DNA of 64,000 bases from a virus. The notes beneath the pieces are model-generated. The model worked only from the letters and a program-made list of their open reading frames with translations. It had not been told where the DNA came from and did not search any database. The DNA lies in IMG/VR virus record IMGVR_UViG_3300009499_000001, positions 6,892 to 70,891 of that record. One strand, written 5' to 3'. Every line of letters starts with the position of its first letter. Position 1 is the stretch's first letter. Made by a program: the position numbers and the translations under genes. Below are positions 1 through 9,494 of the stretch, one piece after another.

Positions 1-461
1 GCGATGGGGGTGATCGAGGAATTCAGGCGTAGGAAGGTGATGCCCTTGGCCCGGATCTCTACATCCCTCTCCGGCAACAGCCAGTCTCTGCATGGGATGT
101 GGTTCACGATGAACTTGGTTCGGCCCAACAGGCCGTCGCCGGAGTGTTCGTTGCCGATCACATCCTCAAGCTTCTTGCTCTGCTGGAAGATCAGCCGGCC
201 GGGATGGAACAAGGGGTCCCACAGGCTAATCATCGCGGCCCACCACGTCACCAGGAGCTGGCGGGATTTGGGTACGAACATCATCCGGTTGCCCTGCCAG
301 ATCCGCGTCAGCGCCACGATGTGGCGGCGGTAAGCCGGGAACGGCTTGATCGGCTGCTCCTCGTCGTGCTGGTCGAGGGTCCTGACGAAGTAGCGAGCGA
401 ACACCAACGGATCGCCGGCAGCCGCCGCCCAGCGGGCTTGAACCAGTTCACGCTCCGTCAT
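1..461 (-). CDS. terL: Terminase large subunit, N-terminal part (runs off window start)
   Basis: Manual translation from ATG at 461 (GGAGG RBS): MTERELVQARWAAAAGDPLVFARYFVRTLDQHDEEQPIKPFP...FVPKSRQLLVTWW; KSRQ is the T4-type TerL Walker A; lies downstream of terS. Confidence 0.85.
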   Translation of the reverse strand, partial: MTERELVQARWAAAAGDPLVFARYFVRTLDQHDEEQPIKPFPAYRRHIVALTRIWQGNRMMFVPKSRQLLVTWWAAMISLWDPLFHPGRLIFQQSKKLEDVIGNEHSGDGLLGRTKFIVNHIPCRDWLLPERDVEIRAKGITFLRLNSSITPI

Positions 462-606
462 GGTTGCCTCCGAAGATCCTCGCCTTGACCCCAGCCAGCC
501 ACTTGCCGAAGCCGACCAGCGGCCGCGGGATACGGGCATAGGTCGGCAGGTGTTCCCGTCGGAACCGCAGCCCGGCCTTATGGATTCGGCGTTGTCGTTT
601 GGTCAT
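448..606 (-). CDS. Small basic hypothetical protein (52 aa) between terS and terL
   Basis: MTKRQRRIHKAGLRFRREHLPTYARIPRPLVGFGKWLAGVKARIFGGNHDGA fills the gap and overlaps both neighbours. Confidence 0.4.
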   Translation of the reverse strand: MTKRQRRIHKAGLRFRREHLPTYARIPRPLVGFGKWLAGVKARIFGGNHDGA

Positions 607-1219
607 TGCCACTGGCTGTTTCCTGTCCTTCCTCTGCGAGCCACCGATCGTCCGGCGCGCTGGCCTGGGCCCGGGCCATCAGTTCCTCTTGAGTCAGGTC
701 GCCGCCGGGCTTGAGGCCGATGGTACCCCCATGCCGCACGTCCCGGCCCTCGCTCACGATGCCCAGCACGCGCCCCAACTCCCGGCCGGCGGCGAGGGCA
801 TCGAGCAGTTCCAGCTTGCGGACCTCCGAATCTCTGCCCTGGCTGTGGATCGTGGCAGCCTTCACCATCCGCGTGTCCCGGCCGGCCCGGCGCAGTTCCA
901 CCAACGTCGTCTTGCCCTGGAGGAACCCCTGGAAGTCCGCCAAGTCCGCCCCGAAGAAGATCTCCGCGTAGCGACACATGACGGCTTCGCGGGTGATCCC
1001 GTGTTCCCTCAGCAATTCGCGTACAGCGGCCGCAACCTTAACATTTCTCAGCAGTCTGCTGGCCCCGGTCCAGGCTGTTCCCTCGCTCCTGACCCGATAC
1101 CCAGCCTCCTTGTAGGCCCGCGTGCCGTTGAAATGGTTCAGGTAGTGGATGACGAATTGCTGCTGGCGTGGGTTCAATTGGCTGAAGGGGGACGCGGTGT
1201 TGGCCTCATCGTCAGGCAT
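578..1219 (-). CDS. terS: Terminase small subunit
   Basis: LNPRQQQFVIHYLNHFNGTRAYKEAGY...ASRLLRNVKVAAAV is the Terminase_2-type HTH; start moved to ATG 1219. Confidence 0.9.
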   Translation of the reverse strand: MPDDEANTASPFSQLNPRQQQFVIHYLNHFNGTRAYKEAGYRVRSEGTAWTGASRLLRNVKVAAAVRELLREHGITREAVMCRYAEIFFGADLADFQGFLQGKTTLVELRRAGRDTRMVKAATIHSQGRDSEVRKLELLDALAAGRELGRVLGIVSEGRDVRHGGTIGLKPGGDLTQEELMARAQASAPDDRWLAEEGQETASGNDQTTTPNP

Positions 1220-1287
1220 CACCCCAATTCTCCGCCCGAAGAACTCCCCTCTCCAAGCCCCTTCCTCCGTTTGTTCACAAACCGCTC

Positions 1288-2001
1288 TTAGGAAACGTCC
1301 CCCCAAGTTGTCCCGCGTACGATGCGCCGGATGTTTCGCTCAGACACCGCATATTCTGTTGCAAGCTTCGCGCAACTTGTGTTTCCATTCTCGTGGCGCA
1401 GACGAATCTGCCGAACCTGGGCCTGCGTAAGGCGCGGCCGAGGGCTCCTCGCGCTGCATGGGCCACCGACATGTTTCCAGATCACGCCGTGCACAATGGA
1501 CCAGATCAACGTCGGACCCACTGCGTATTCTTGCGCCAACGCCTTTTGAGTCATCTCTCCCGTCGCGTAGCGCTCACGGATTGCGAGTACATCCGTAGCC
1601 GTGAGTTTGGCCCGGCCCCCCTTCTCGCCACGTGCAGTAGCCTCCGGTTGAGTACGCCTGCCGTGTCGCTCTCCCGTTGGCGCTCTTTGCTTGGCCTTCA
1701 TATCGGCCATGTTATCTGCATCCGTACCAACCGCAAGATGAGCAGGATTGCAGCAGGGAGGGTTGTCGCAGGCGAGGTGTCGGATGCACATGGCCTCAGG
1801 GACCGAGCCGTTGGCAATGACCCACGCAACGCGGTGGGCACTGTACATCTTGCCTCGCAAGTTGAATCGCCCATAACCCCGTCCATTACGGCCGGCAGTC
1901 CACGGCCAGCATTCATCGGTGCCGCGAACATCAACCCTAGCCCAGAATCTGGAAAGGTCTTTCGCGGTCAGAGGGGGGACGGTAAGGTTCTTGGCAGCCA
2001 T
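1288..2001 (-). CDS. HNH homing endonuclease with two C-terminal HTH-like repeats
   Basis: FWARVD..CWPW...YGRF...AHRVAW...HLACDNPPCCNPAHL..GT..DN..DM (HNH_3-type). Confidence 0.9.
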   Translation of the reverse strand: MAAKNLTVPPLTAKDLSRFWARVDVRGTDECWPWTAGRNGRGYGRFNLRGKMYSAHRVAWVIANGSVPEAMCIRHLACDNPPCCNPAHLAVGTDADNMADMKAKQRAPTGERHGRRTQPEATARGEKGGRAKLTATDVLAIRERYATGEMTQKALAQEYAVGPTLIWSIVHGVIWKHVGGPCSARSPRPRLTQAQVRQIRLRHENGNTSCAKLATEYAVSERNIRRIVRGTTWGDVS

Positions 2002-2072
2002 TGGTGCTCTCCCAACAGGGCATCCTGGTCAGAGCTGCGGGCAGCTCCAGTGCTGTCCGTGGCTCGCTCTCT

Positions 2073-2100
2073 ATCCTACCCACCCCAACCACGCTGTCAA
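2073..2100 (-). promoter_or_regulatory. sigma70-like promoter upstream of HNH/terS
   Basis: TTGACA-16 nt-TAGGAT on minus strand. Confidence 0.55.
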
Positions 2101-2144
2101 GCGGAAACGACAACCCGGTGATGGATTTTCACAACCCGCAAATG

Positions 2145-2220
2145 GGTGTCCGACGGGACTCGAACCCGCAGTCCCCGGGCCCACGACCTAGTGCTCTGTT
2201 CCAATTAAGCCACGGACACC
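2145..2220 (-). tRNA. tRNA-His(GTG), atypical anticodon arm
   Basis: G-1 + GTGTCCG/CGGACAC acceptor with C73, T arm GCGGG-TTCGAGT-CCCGT, anticodon loop TC-GTG-GG. Confidence 0.8.
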
Positions 2221-2235
2221 GGGATCAGCTTACTG

Positions 2236-2580
2236 TCAATCGCTCGCCCATGCAGCCTCGTCCTCGGCCGTGGCCTCGCGGACGAATTCCGCGGTCGTGA
2301 ACGGGCACAGGCACTTGGGCTCAGCCAGAATCTCCACCAAGTTGCTGGCACACCAGGAACTCCCGTTGTAGCGGAAGCGAATCTGTTCCTCGTCCCAGAA
2401 CCCCGGCAGCCGGATGACAGCCTCGACAGTGAACCGCACGACCACGGTGCGCTGGCGGCAGACGCAGTCGGCCTTGTGGTCCTCGCCGACCGGCTGCTTA
2501 CAGTAGAAGCATTCGTCGGGCCGACCAGCGGGCCGTGGCCCGTTCTCCATCGTTACCCGATGAGTCTCAGGATGTTGCAT
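2236..2580 (-). CDS. Cys-rich hypothetical phage protein
   Basis: MQHPETHRVT...CFYC...HKADCVC...WC...CLC; AGGA upstream. Confidence 0.65.
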   Translation of the reverse strand: MQHPETHRVTMENGPRPAGRPDECFYCKQPVGEDHKADCVCRQRTVVVRFTVEAVIRLPGFWDEEQIRFRYNGSSWCASNLVEILAEPKCLCPFTTAEFVREATAEDEAAWASD

Positions 2581-2597
2581 AGCAATCCTTCTGCCTG

Positions 2598-3062
2598 TCA
2601 CCCCGCCCTGGCCCGTCGTCTCACCGAGTAGATCGCCACCCTCCTGGCCGGCGTGCTCCTGACGATCCGCAATCGCGCCGCCGGACGCACGACGCCGCCT
2701 CCCCGCCGCCGGTGCCACCACCGCTCGAGGCGGTCTCGGATGATGATCCAGTGCCGCCGCGGGATGCAATACACTTCCCTGTGTCCCCAGGCACGCTCAG
2801 AACAGCGATCACGCCACAGCCCGTACACGTTCTCGATCTGCTTCAGCGCCTCCCGCACCCGCCGGCGAGAGGCCTTCTTCGTGTTGCCACAGAGGCTTGC
2901 CGCCAGATCGACCACGGCCAAGCCGATCTCCTCCCGGGGGTCCATCCGCCGTGTCCCGGGAGCTGGCTCTGGGGGAAGGCAGGTGAGGACCTGCAAGGCC
3001 CAGGGACTCAGCTTGTCAACGGGGTTGGGCGTGTAGCCTGCTGGCTGTGTGTACTTCGGCAT
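2598..3062 (-). CDS. Hypothetical protein (possible winged-helix)
   Basis: 154-aa ORF in operon orientation. Confidence 0.55.
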   Translation of the reverse strand: MPKYTQPAGYTPNPVDKLSPWALQVLTCLPPEPAPGTRRMDPREEIGLAVVDLAASLCGNTKKASRRRVREALKQIENVYGLWRDRCSERAWGHREVYCIPRRHWIIIRDRLERWWHRRRGGGVVRPAARLRIVRSTPARRVAIYSVRRRARAG

Positions 3063-3083
3063 GCGGTCTCGCTACAGGTATCG

Positions 3084-3368
3084 TCATTGCCACAGGAATG
3101 CATGGAGTGGGTTGCCGAAAGCGTCGTGCAGGTCGTGCAGGTATTTGCCAGCCCGTCGCGGCAGCCGGTCGATCAGCCAGTGAGTCAATTCGTGGATCAG
3201 GGTATGCCAATAACGCACCCCTCGCAGATCGTTCCGTATCCAGATTGTTTGCCGATCCTTGGTCATGTATAGCCCATCCACACCCCCCGCAAGCGGACAG
3301 CCTGCCATGACGACGGGGCCCCAGATAACAATTCCGGGTTCAACATGCTCAATCTTGGGCCACTTCAT
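3084..3368 (-). CDS. Small HExxH zinc-metallopeptidase-like protein (ImmA/IrrE-like)
   Basis: GLY....TIWI.......HTLIHELTHW. Confidence 0.65.
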   Translation of the reverse strand: MKWPKIEHVEPGIVIWGPVVMAGCPLAGGVDGLYMTKDRQTIWIRNDLRGVRYWHTLIHELTHWLIDRLPRRAGKYLHDLHDAFGNPLHAFLWQ

Positions 3369-3564
3369 TCAGTTCACACCTTCCAACACGGCCATCGCCC
3401 TGTCCAGTCGTGGTAGGGGACGCTGGTGTCTGGCCGAAGGCGGCGCAGCGTCCCGTCCGGCAGCAGCTCCCTGTGGCTGTTCTTGTGCAGGTAGTCCTGC
3501 ACCACCGTCTTGCTCACGGGCTCGAAGTATCCATGCCCATACATGTCACAGATGGCTGTTCTCC

Positions 3565-3834
3565 TTACACTGAATCAGACAGACGATAGAGGAATGCCGC
3601 GAGGGTGCGGAGCAGTCTCGCGAGGCCCCGGAGTAGACGCGCAAGCCACCACGCCCGGCCCGTGCCGAGGCATCTCGGACAGATCAGCCGCCAGGGCGCA
3701 CCGGGCGTCGCCGGGCCTGCCGATGTCATTGGGTACGCCGCTTGGTTCACGACTTCCCCCATGCCCGAGCAGCGCGCACAACGGTCGTCCTCGTTCTGGA
3801 CTTTCGGGCCCGTTCTGGCCGTCCGCGAGTTCAT
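3565..3834 (-). CDS. Small zinc-finger protein (DnaJ-like CxxCxGxG x2)
   Basis: CARCSGMG ... CPRCLGTG; ATGA coupling to upstream gene. Confidence 0.55.
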   Translation of the reverse strand: MNSRTARTGPKVQNEDDRCARCSGMGEVVNQAAYPMTSAGPATPGAPWRLICPRCLGTGRAWWLARLLRGLARLLRTLAAFLYRLSDSV

Positions 3835-4184
3835 TTCTGGTCCTCTGCCATCCGGGCAAGCTCGCCCCGGAGCCGATCCACTTCTTCATCGGCCTTGTCC
3901 CGCGCCACCCTGGCAGCGATGACTTCATCTCGCCAGTGGGCCTCAGCATCATTGGCTGCCTTCTCGGCCTTGTCCGCGCGGGCTGTGGCTTCGCCGAGAA
4001 GACGCTGGGATTCGGCGAGCTGGCGGCGGACGCAGGCCATCGTTTCGGTTAGTACGATGCCATCTACAATCGCCTCAGTGCCACACGCGAAGGTGATTAC
4101 TTGCTCCTCTGAGTAATCTTCCACCAGCATAAGCCTTTGGTCACAAAACTCTGCCCCGCATTGCGGGCATTTCTCGTCGTTCAT
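3831..4184 (-). CDS. CxxCG zinc-binding + coiled-coil protein (paralog family)
   Basis: CPQCG...FACG...CVRRQLA followed by coiled coil. Confidence 0.7.
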   Translation of the reverse strand: MNDEKCPQCGAEFCDQRLMLVEDYSEEQVITFACGTEAIVDGIVLTETMACVRRQLAESQRLLGEATARADKAEKAANDAEAHWRDEVIAARVARDKADEEVDRLRGELARMAEDQK

Positions 4185-4927
4185 GTCGTGTCCTTGGCGG
4201 CTTCTGCGGCACCTTCGGGAGTGGAATACCAGCCGGTTGCCGTCTCCCAGTCTATGTCATCAACGCAACCGGGGTGCGGGCAGATGAGCCGCAGAGCGGG
4301 GACGGTGGCCACGTGCATGTCTCCACAGGCACCAACGTGATAGACCGTCATGCCCTGGCTGAACGGCTTCCCGTCCGCAGTTTTCGACACCTTGTCGATG
4401 ATGGCCTGGGCCTGGGTGAGGTCTGCCTTGAGCTTGCAGAAAGCGCCGTCTGTGGTTTCCCACCAGCAACTACTGGCCAGTCCAACCGATGGGTCACCGT
4501 AGTCCTCTCGATATACAACGCAGCGGGCGTCCTCCTCCGCGTCGCCGTGTTCGTCCGTTTCGTAGAAATCAACGCCCTCCTGGCGCAGTTTCTCCCACAC
4601 TTCATCAGGTGCGTTCGCGGCTGCGTCTTGGGCCTCCCGTAACTGGACCTTGGCCTCGGCGAGTTCTGCTTTGAACTCAGCCTTTGCCTCCAGATAGGCA
4701 ATGTCCTTTGCGCTGCCGACCATCCCCGCCCTGTTGCGAGATTCCTGTTCTGCCGTTAATTTCCATTCTTTGGCTTCTGCCTTGGCCTCGGCAGTGGCGG
4801 CGTCGATGGCGCGCTGGATGGCAGTAGCCAGATCGTGTGCCCTAAAGCTGCTACGGGCGCGCGAGAAGTCCTGCTTGGCCAGGAATCGCTTCGCTGCTGC
4901 CTTGGCAATGTCTGATGGTTCACTCAT
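4181..4927 (-). CDS. Hypothetical coiled-coil protein
   Basis: Start at MSEPSDIAK (AAAGGA RBS); ATGA overlap with next gene. Confidence 0.65.
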   Translation of the reverse strand: MSEPSDIAKAAAKRFLAKQDFSRARSSFRAHDLATAIQRAIDAATAEAKAEAKEWKLTAEQESRNRAGMVGSAKDIAYLEAKAEFKAELAEAKVQLREAQDAAANAPDEVWEKLRQEGVDFYETDEHGDAEEDARCVVYREDYGDPSVGLASSCWWETTDGAFCKLKADLTQAQAIIDKVSKTADGKPFSQGMTVYHVGACGDMHVATVPALRLICPHPGCVDDIDWETATGWYSTPEGAAEAAKDTT

Positions 4928-5012
4928 GGGTTGTCCTTTCACCCTCACCGCCTGCGCCCGCGACGACGGCTCCTCTCCCCCCATTCTACACCAAGTTGCT
5001 TCAGCCGGGTTC

Positions 5013-6002
5013 TCAGACGGCCTTGATCGCGTCCTGCCAAGCATGCCCGTTTGCCTTCAGTCGCTTCTTGAACCATGCCATCAGCACCGCCATGCGCTTT
5101 CGCGCCGGGCTGCGCCCGACCTGTTTCGCCTTGTCGAGAGTTGCCTGTGCCGCCTGGTCTACTCGACCTGCGTGGCCAAGGTAAACATGGTTGGCCATGA
5201 TGCAGATCGACGTGATGTCCGCCTTCTGCTGTTTGGTGGGTGGACCGCGGGCATTGAGACCCACGGCCTCGCGGATCGCCTGGGCGGTCTGGTGTGCCTT
5301 GAATCGTAGCTGTTGACCTTGCTTCTCCGAACCCGAATCTTCCTCCTGCGCGCGCTCTTCCGAATCTTCCGGTTCCCTTTCGGTTTCGTTATGTTCTTCT
5401 GTTGAGTTATGTTCGGGTTCGGATTCCTGTTCTTGAAAGGCTCCGGGAGTTCCCGGAATTTCCGGGAGCGTTGTCGACAAGGCTCCGGGAGTTCCCGGAC
5501 GCTCCGGGACTTTCCGGGGATTCCCGGAATCTCCGGGGCTGTCCGGGAGTTCCCGGACGTTCCCGGAATCATCGGTCGCTGGAACCGGCCAGGGCCGTTC
5601 CTCGACCCATCGCACCTCAGGGTCACACAGCGCCTCGAGGCCAAGTTGAATCTGTTCTTCCGTGAACCGCGTGATGCGCATCAGGGCTCGCATGGCTATG
5701 GGCTTCTGGCCGCGGCCCAGGACATACCCTCGCGAGGTGGGCTTCTGCCTGGCGGCGATCTCGACGAGCTTGTTGAACAGACCCCAGGCGACGGGCCAAG
5801 CTGCCTCCCCATACCTGTCGATGGTGATGTCCGCGACATCCTCGTAGGCCTGGTTGTCCCCCCGGGGCCCGTAGGTGTAACGGCGTGACCAGGGCAGGGG
5901 CGTTTTGCGCTTCCTGTTCTTGCCGTTGGCCTCCCAGGGGCTGCCGTGGTCGTTGACCTCGTAATGCAGTTCCCAGTCCACGATGTAATAGGCTTCGGCC
6001 AT
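5013..6002 (-). CDS. Putative replication initiator protein
   Basis: Globular N-domain, low-complexity linker encoded by iteron-like repeats, helical C-domain; lambda O-like layout next to resolvase. Confidence 0.65.
   Translation of the reverse strand: MAEAYYIVDWELHYEVNDHGSPWEANGKNRKRKTPLPWSRRYTYGPRGDNQAYEDVADITIDRYGEAAWPVAWGLFNKLVEIAARQKPTSRGYVLGRGQKPIAMRALMRITRFTEEQIQLGLEALCDPEVRWVEERPWPVPATDDSGNVRELPDSPGDSGNPRKVPERPGTPGALSTTLPEIPGTPGAFQEQESEPEHNSTEEHNETEREPEDSEERAQEEDSGSEKQGQQLRFKAHQTAQAIREAVGLNARGPPTKQQKADITSICIMANHVYLGHAGRVDQAAQATLDKAKQVGRSPARKRMAVLMAWFKKRLKANGHAWQDAIKAV
5437..5568. repeat. Iteron-like array TCCGGGA/TCCCGGA (putative origin of replication)
   Basis: AAGGCTCCGGGAGTTCCCGGA exact at 5437-5457 and 5479-5499; palindrome TCCGGGAGTTCCCGGA again at 5542-5557; ~9-bp periodic CCGG. 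Confidence 0.75.
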
Positions 6003-6015
6003 TGCACTTGCTCCT

Positions 6016-6714
6016 CTACCTTCGCATCTTGGATGATCGGTACACCCTCACCTGTCGGCCGACCCGGGCAGTGCAGGGCTGCTTCCGGTGCCGGCGCCGG
6101 GCCGGCACCACTGTCTTCCGGCGTCGAGCTGGTCGCGAGCTGCGGACCTGCTCAATTGCCCGGTTCGCCCCCGCTTGTCGTTCTCGACGGAACCAGTACA
6201 GCCCCAGGCCGATCGCGTCCCCGATGTCGCCATCGGGATCGGGCTGGGCCTTGTATTGAGCGAATTGGAGGCGGGCCAGGAGGAGGCGTTCCTTCTTTGG
6301 CATGCCCCGGGTCCACACGTCGGCCGGGATGCCGCCCACGTCAAAATCCCTGGTGCCGAGTTCGGCCATGCTCACCAAGTAACCGTAGACGCTCCAGGGA
6401 GCCCCGGCGTAAGTGAGGACATCCTGGACGATCCCGTTCACCCTGCCCACAAGCTCCTTGCGAGATTTGGCCACCATCAGGCCCTTGATGCGCCTGCCGT
6501 ACATGGCCTTCCCCGGGAGTTCCACGACGCAGTAGGTCGGCTCGTACTGCCGCATCAGGGCAGACAGAGGCGGGAGCATGGAATCAATCCGCTCACGAGC
6601 GTCTGCCTCGCGGTTCTTTGGCAAGAGCCGGTCGGCTTTGGTCAGGTGTTCAGGATCCTTCATCACGGCCCAGCCGATGGCCGTGGTGCTGGGATCAAGA
6701 CTGAGTAGTATCAC
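6016..6714 (-). CDS. RuvC-like Holliday junction resolvase
   Basis: [30 protein letters not shown] acidic catalytic motifs; GTG start with GGAG. Confidence 0.8.
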   Translation of the reverse strand: MILLSLDPSTTAIGWAVMKDPEHLTKADRLLPKNREADARERIDSMLPPLSALMRQYEPTYCVVELPGKAMYGRRIKGLMVAKSRKELVGRVNGIVQDVLTYAGAPWSVYGYLVSMAELGTRDFDVGGIPADVWTRGMPKKERLLLARLQFAQYKAQPDPDGDIGDAIGLGLYWFRRERQAGANRAIEQVRSSRPARRRKTVVPARRRHRKQPCTARVGRQVRVYRSSKMRR

Positions 6715-7369
6715 TGCGTGTCTCCAACAGCTTGAAGGTGATTGCCCATACCCCGTCATTGTTGGACCAGGGGTGGCCGCGCTTGGCGTTGAGGGAATCC
6801 CAGAGCTGCCGAAAGTCGCGATAGGCCAGGATACCCTTCTCCCCGCTTGGCCCGGTGTCCTCTATGGGGACTCCCTCATCTTCAATATCCTCGAAGCTGA
6901 TGTCCTGGATTTGCTCGACCCGCACTTCCCGCACTTCCAGCCATAGGCGCGCTGCCCACTTGGGCATGTGGATGGAAGGACGCCAGCGGGAGCCTGCGGG
7001 CTTATTCTCGTCAGCAGCAAACCATATCCGGTGTCCCGGCCCGATGTCCGATGGGCGGCAATCGTTGAGCATGGGATGGGCTGCCCATTGCTCTCTCACC
7101 CACAGCGCGTCCCCGGACTGGCCGTAGGGGCAGCGGACTTTCTGAGGCGTGAGCTCCCCGGCATCACGCTTGTTTCTGCCGCGAGACACAACAGCTCGCG
7201 TCACAGAACCGTCCAGCTCGATATACACGTCGCCGGGCTCCAGGCTCTGAGACCATCCGGTGCGGTGGCCCACAGGCTGTACGCGCATGACCCGCCGCGT
7301 CTGGGTCGTCCGCTTAGCCAGGATGCCGCAGACGGACTCAGCCGACATGATGATGGGATGGTCAGCCAT
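6695..7369 (-). CDS. ASCH/PUA-like phage protein
   Basis: [20 protein letters not shown]...CPYG..GD.LWVRE...[27 protein letters not shown]. Confidence 0.8.
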   Translation of the reverse strand: MADHPIIMSAESVCGILAKRTTQTRRVMRVQPVGHRTGWSQSLEPGDVYIELDGSVTRAVVSRGRNKRDAGELTPQKVRCPYGQSGDALWVREQWAAHPMLNDCRPSDIGPGHRIWFAADENKPAGSRWRPSIHMPKWAARLWLEVREVRVEQIQDISFEDIEDEGVPIEDTGPSGEKGILAYRDFRQLWDSLNAKRGHPWSNNDGVWAITFKLLETRSDTTQS

Positions 7370-8687
7370 CGTTCACCCCCGCCCCTTCGGCGGTGCTCAG
7401 GGCAGGCATCTCGTTCCATTCCCGGCCGTCCAGCAGCCGGCCGGCCTTCTTCTTGCCGACGCGATAGTAGGTGTCGGCGACGCCAATCGTCTTTATGGCC
7501 GAATCTGGCACATCCCACGGCAGCATGACCGAGTCCGGGCGCTGTTGCCGCTCAGCCTCGAACTGTTCATCCGGGAACCACTGGCCCCAACCCTTGAAGA
7601 AGTAGGGCACGACTGCCGCCTGGCACTGGTCACGGAGCGCTCGCGCCCAGTCCGGGTGCATGGGCCGCGCCCCCGGGCCCGTCTCACCCCCGCAGATGAT
7701 CCAATCGAGGATGCGAGCCTTTCCCGTTCCACGGCAATAGGGACATTCACTCCGCAGGAGATGAGAGGCGTCGTCGCAGCGGTCCTTGTTGCAGCAGTGG
7801 GCGCAGCCCAAGGTGCCGTCTGATCGCTCGAATGTCCGAGTTGGCAAGCTAAGGTCGACAGAGCCCAACAGCGGCTCGCAGGAAACGAACCGAACCGCCG
7901 CCGCGCATTCCATCAGCTTGTCAATTCGCCACAGGCATGATGCGTCCTCCACCGTGACCCCCAGCCAGACGTTAGATAGCGGAGCGGGGAATGCTCCGCT
8001 CAGCGCATCCTGCCGGACGCTGATGTATCCGCCTGTCAGTTCAACGGCGACCCCATGTTGATCGCCTCGCGGGTTCCATCGGAAGCCATCGCAAACATGG
8101 TCCGGGCGGTGCCACCAATCCACTTTCCCCGTTGCTCGGAAATTCGGCGTAACAGGCTCGTCCTTCCACTCGTTGCGGCCGCGCAGGCAGCCTAGAAAAA
8201 AGGAACGACATTCACTACAGGCCTGTTGGCGCAGGAACAGGTTTGGCGCTTTGTGCGGCTTGCCGTGGCGGCAGAATGTGTGCGTCTTCTCCGGCTTCCA
8301 CCACCGATGGAACCATTGAGCCATGCGCTCGGGTCGTTTCGTAAGAAGCTGAAAGGTGTGTTGTGGGCAGTCGGCCATGACCTGAAAGACCTGGGCGATG
8401 AAGTCGTCGGGTACGTCCCTGTGAAACAGGTCGGCCATGGAACAGACGAAGATCGTCCTGTGCTTCCGCCAGCCCTGCGGCTCGCCAAGCCGATCAGGCT
8501 GCAACGTCACGTCGAAACCATTGCGGTAGGCGGCCTTGCCCATGGCCTTCAGCCGCTGGGCCATCCGCCGGGCGTAGCAGTTCTTGCACCCGGCCGAGAC
8601 AGGCGAGCATCCGGTCACGGGATTCCATGTGACGCCTTGCGTCCCATCAGCATTCTTTACCCACTCGATCTTGGTTGTGCTTCCCAT
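7362..8687 (-). CDS. DUF5131 / phage Gp37Gp68 family protein with Cys-rich insertions
   Basis: TKIEW...[20 protein letters not shown]...[11 protein letters not shown]...[12 protein letters not shown]...NVWLGVTVE...FVSCEPLLG...[17 protein letters not shown]. Confidence 0.92.
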   Translation of the reverse strand: MGSTTKIEWVKNADGTQGVTWNPVTGCSPVSAGCKNCYARRMAQRLKAMGKAAYRNGFDVTLQPDRLGEPQGWRKHRTIFVCSMADLFHRDVPDDFIAQVFQVMADCPQHTFQLLTKRPERMAQWFHRWWKPEKTHTFCRHGKPHKAPNLFLRQQACSECRSFFLGCLRGRNEWKDEPVTPNFRATGKVDWWHRPDHVCDGFRWNPRGDQHGVAVELTGGYISVRQDALSGAFPAPLSNVWLGVTVEDASCLWRIDKLMECAAAVRFVSCEPLLGSVDLSLPTRTFERSDGTLGCAHCCNKDRCDDASHLLRSECPYCRGTGKARILDWIICGGETGPGARPMHPDWARALRDQCQAAVVPYFFKGWGQWFPDEQFEAERQQRPDSVMLPWDVPDSAIKTIGVADTYYRVGKKKAGRLLDGREWNEMPALSTAEGAGVNDG

Positions 8688-8688
8688 C

Positions 8689-9126
8689 CTACTTCTCCGT
8701 GTGCTGGCGCTGTTTCGGCGGCGGACCCTTCCGCAGCTCCGCCAGACCCGCCTCGGTGATCCCGTAGACGTCCACCTTGATCCCGCTGGGACTCTCCCGC
8801 TTGCCCACCACTGCTATCTTCGGCGGTCGGCGGTGCATGAACGGGCTGCTGCGGTCGGGGTCCTTCAACTCGCCGATCCGACCGCACGCGGCGTTGACCG
8901 TCAGTCCGCGTATCGACTCCACCAGCTCGAAGCGGGCCAGGGGTCCCAGGATCGCCAGGGCGTCGAGGATCCGGTAGCACTGCCAGCCCACACGACCCTC
9001 CCGTTCGACAAGCCGCGCCCCGGCCCGGGACGATTCGCTCGTCTGCTGGGCGGGTGCCTCCCAGCGTTCACCGGCCGGGGTGTTGTGTCGCTCGAACAAC
9101 GCGCGATGTGGCATCTGTTTGCTCAT
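8689..9126 (-). CDS. Hypothetical winged-helix protein
   Basis: Start 9126 overlaps upstream stop (ATGA); wHTH-like [13 protein letters not shown]...YGITEAG. Confidence 0.55.
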   Translation of the reverse strand: MSKQMPHRALFERHNTPAGERWEAPAQQTSESSRAGARLVEREGRVGWQCYRILDALAILGPLARFELVESIRGLTVNAACGRIGELKDPDRSSPFMHRRPPKIAVVGKRESPSGIKVDVYGITEAGLAELRKGPPPKQRQHTEK

Positions 9127-9494
9127 CGTCGCCAGATCGTTACCTTCAATCTCCGCCGGCCCCAAATCAGGGCTTGGCGGTGGGTGGGAAAAAGAACATC
9201 AAAGCGGACCAGTGTACCGGACGATACGATGGCTCCTCCTCGATCCAGTACGGGTACATGAGCACCACCGGCATACCCTGGGATGAGTACGCGACTACCG
9301 AACGGTAGCTCCACCGGCGCCGCGACGAGGTAGCCTCTCGCAGGATAACCGGACGCTGTAATTCCATCAGACCACCTCCCGCAACATTTCGGGCATGGGC
9401 AGTACGCAGTCACCACAGCATCCACCACCACAGGAGCCGGCTGAGGACCGATCAGGCCGGCCAGGACGATCAGAATGTGGGTGAGGGGGGTCAT
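9123..9494 (-). CDS. 3D (Asp-Asp-Asp) domain protein, MltA-like peptidoglycan lytic enzyme, with N-terminal hydrophobic segment
   Basis: VTAYCPCPKCCG..SDGITASG....VAAP...PFGS.V.IPGY.....VLDRGGAI...FDVLFPTH..AL.WGRR. Confidence 0.85.
   Translation of the reverse strand: MTPLTHILIVLAGLIGPQPAPVVVDAVVTAYCPCPKCCGRWSDGITASGYPARGYLVAAPVELPFGSRVLIPGYAGGAHVPVLDRGGAIVSSGTLVRFDVLFPTHRQALIWGRRRLKVTIWRR

Noticed and set aside
3374-3544. 56-aa ORF MYGHGYFEPVSKTVVQDYLHK
   Set aside because: Fills a gap plausibly but has no motif and an uncertain start; not enough support to list.
5437-5568. CRISPR array
   Set aside because: Units are 7-21 bp without unique spacers, lie inside a CDS, and no cas genes are present.
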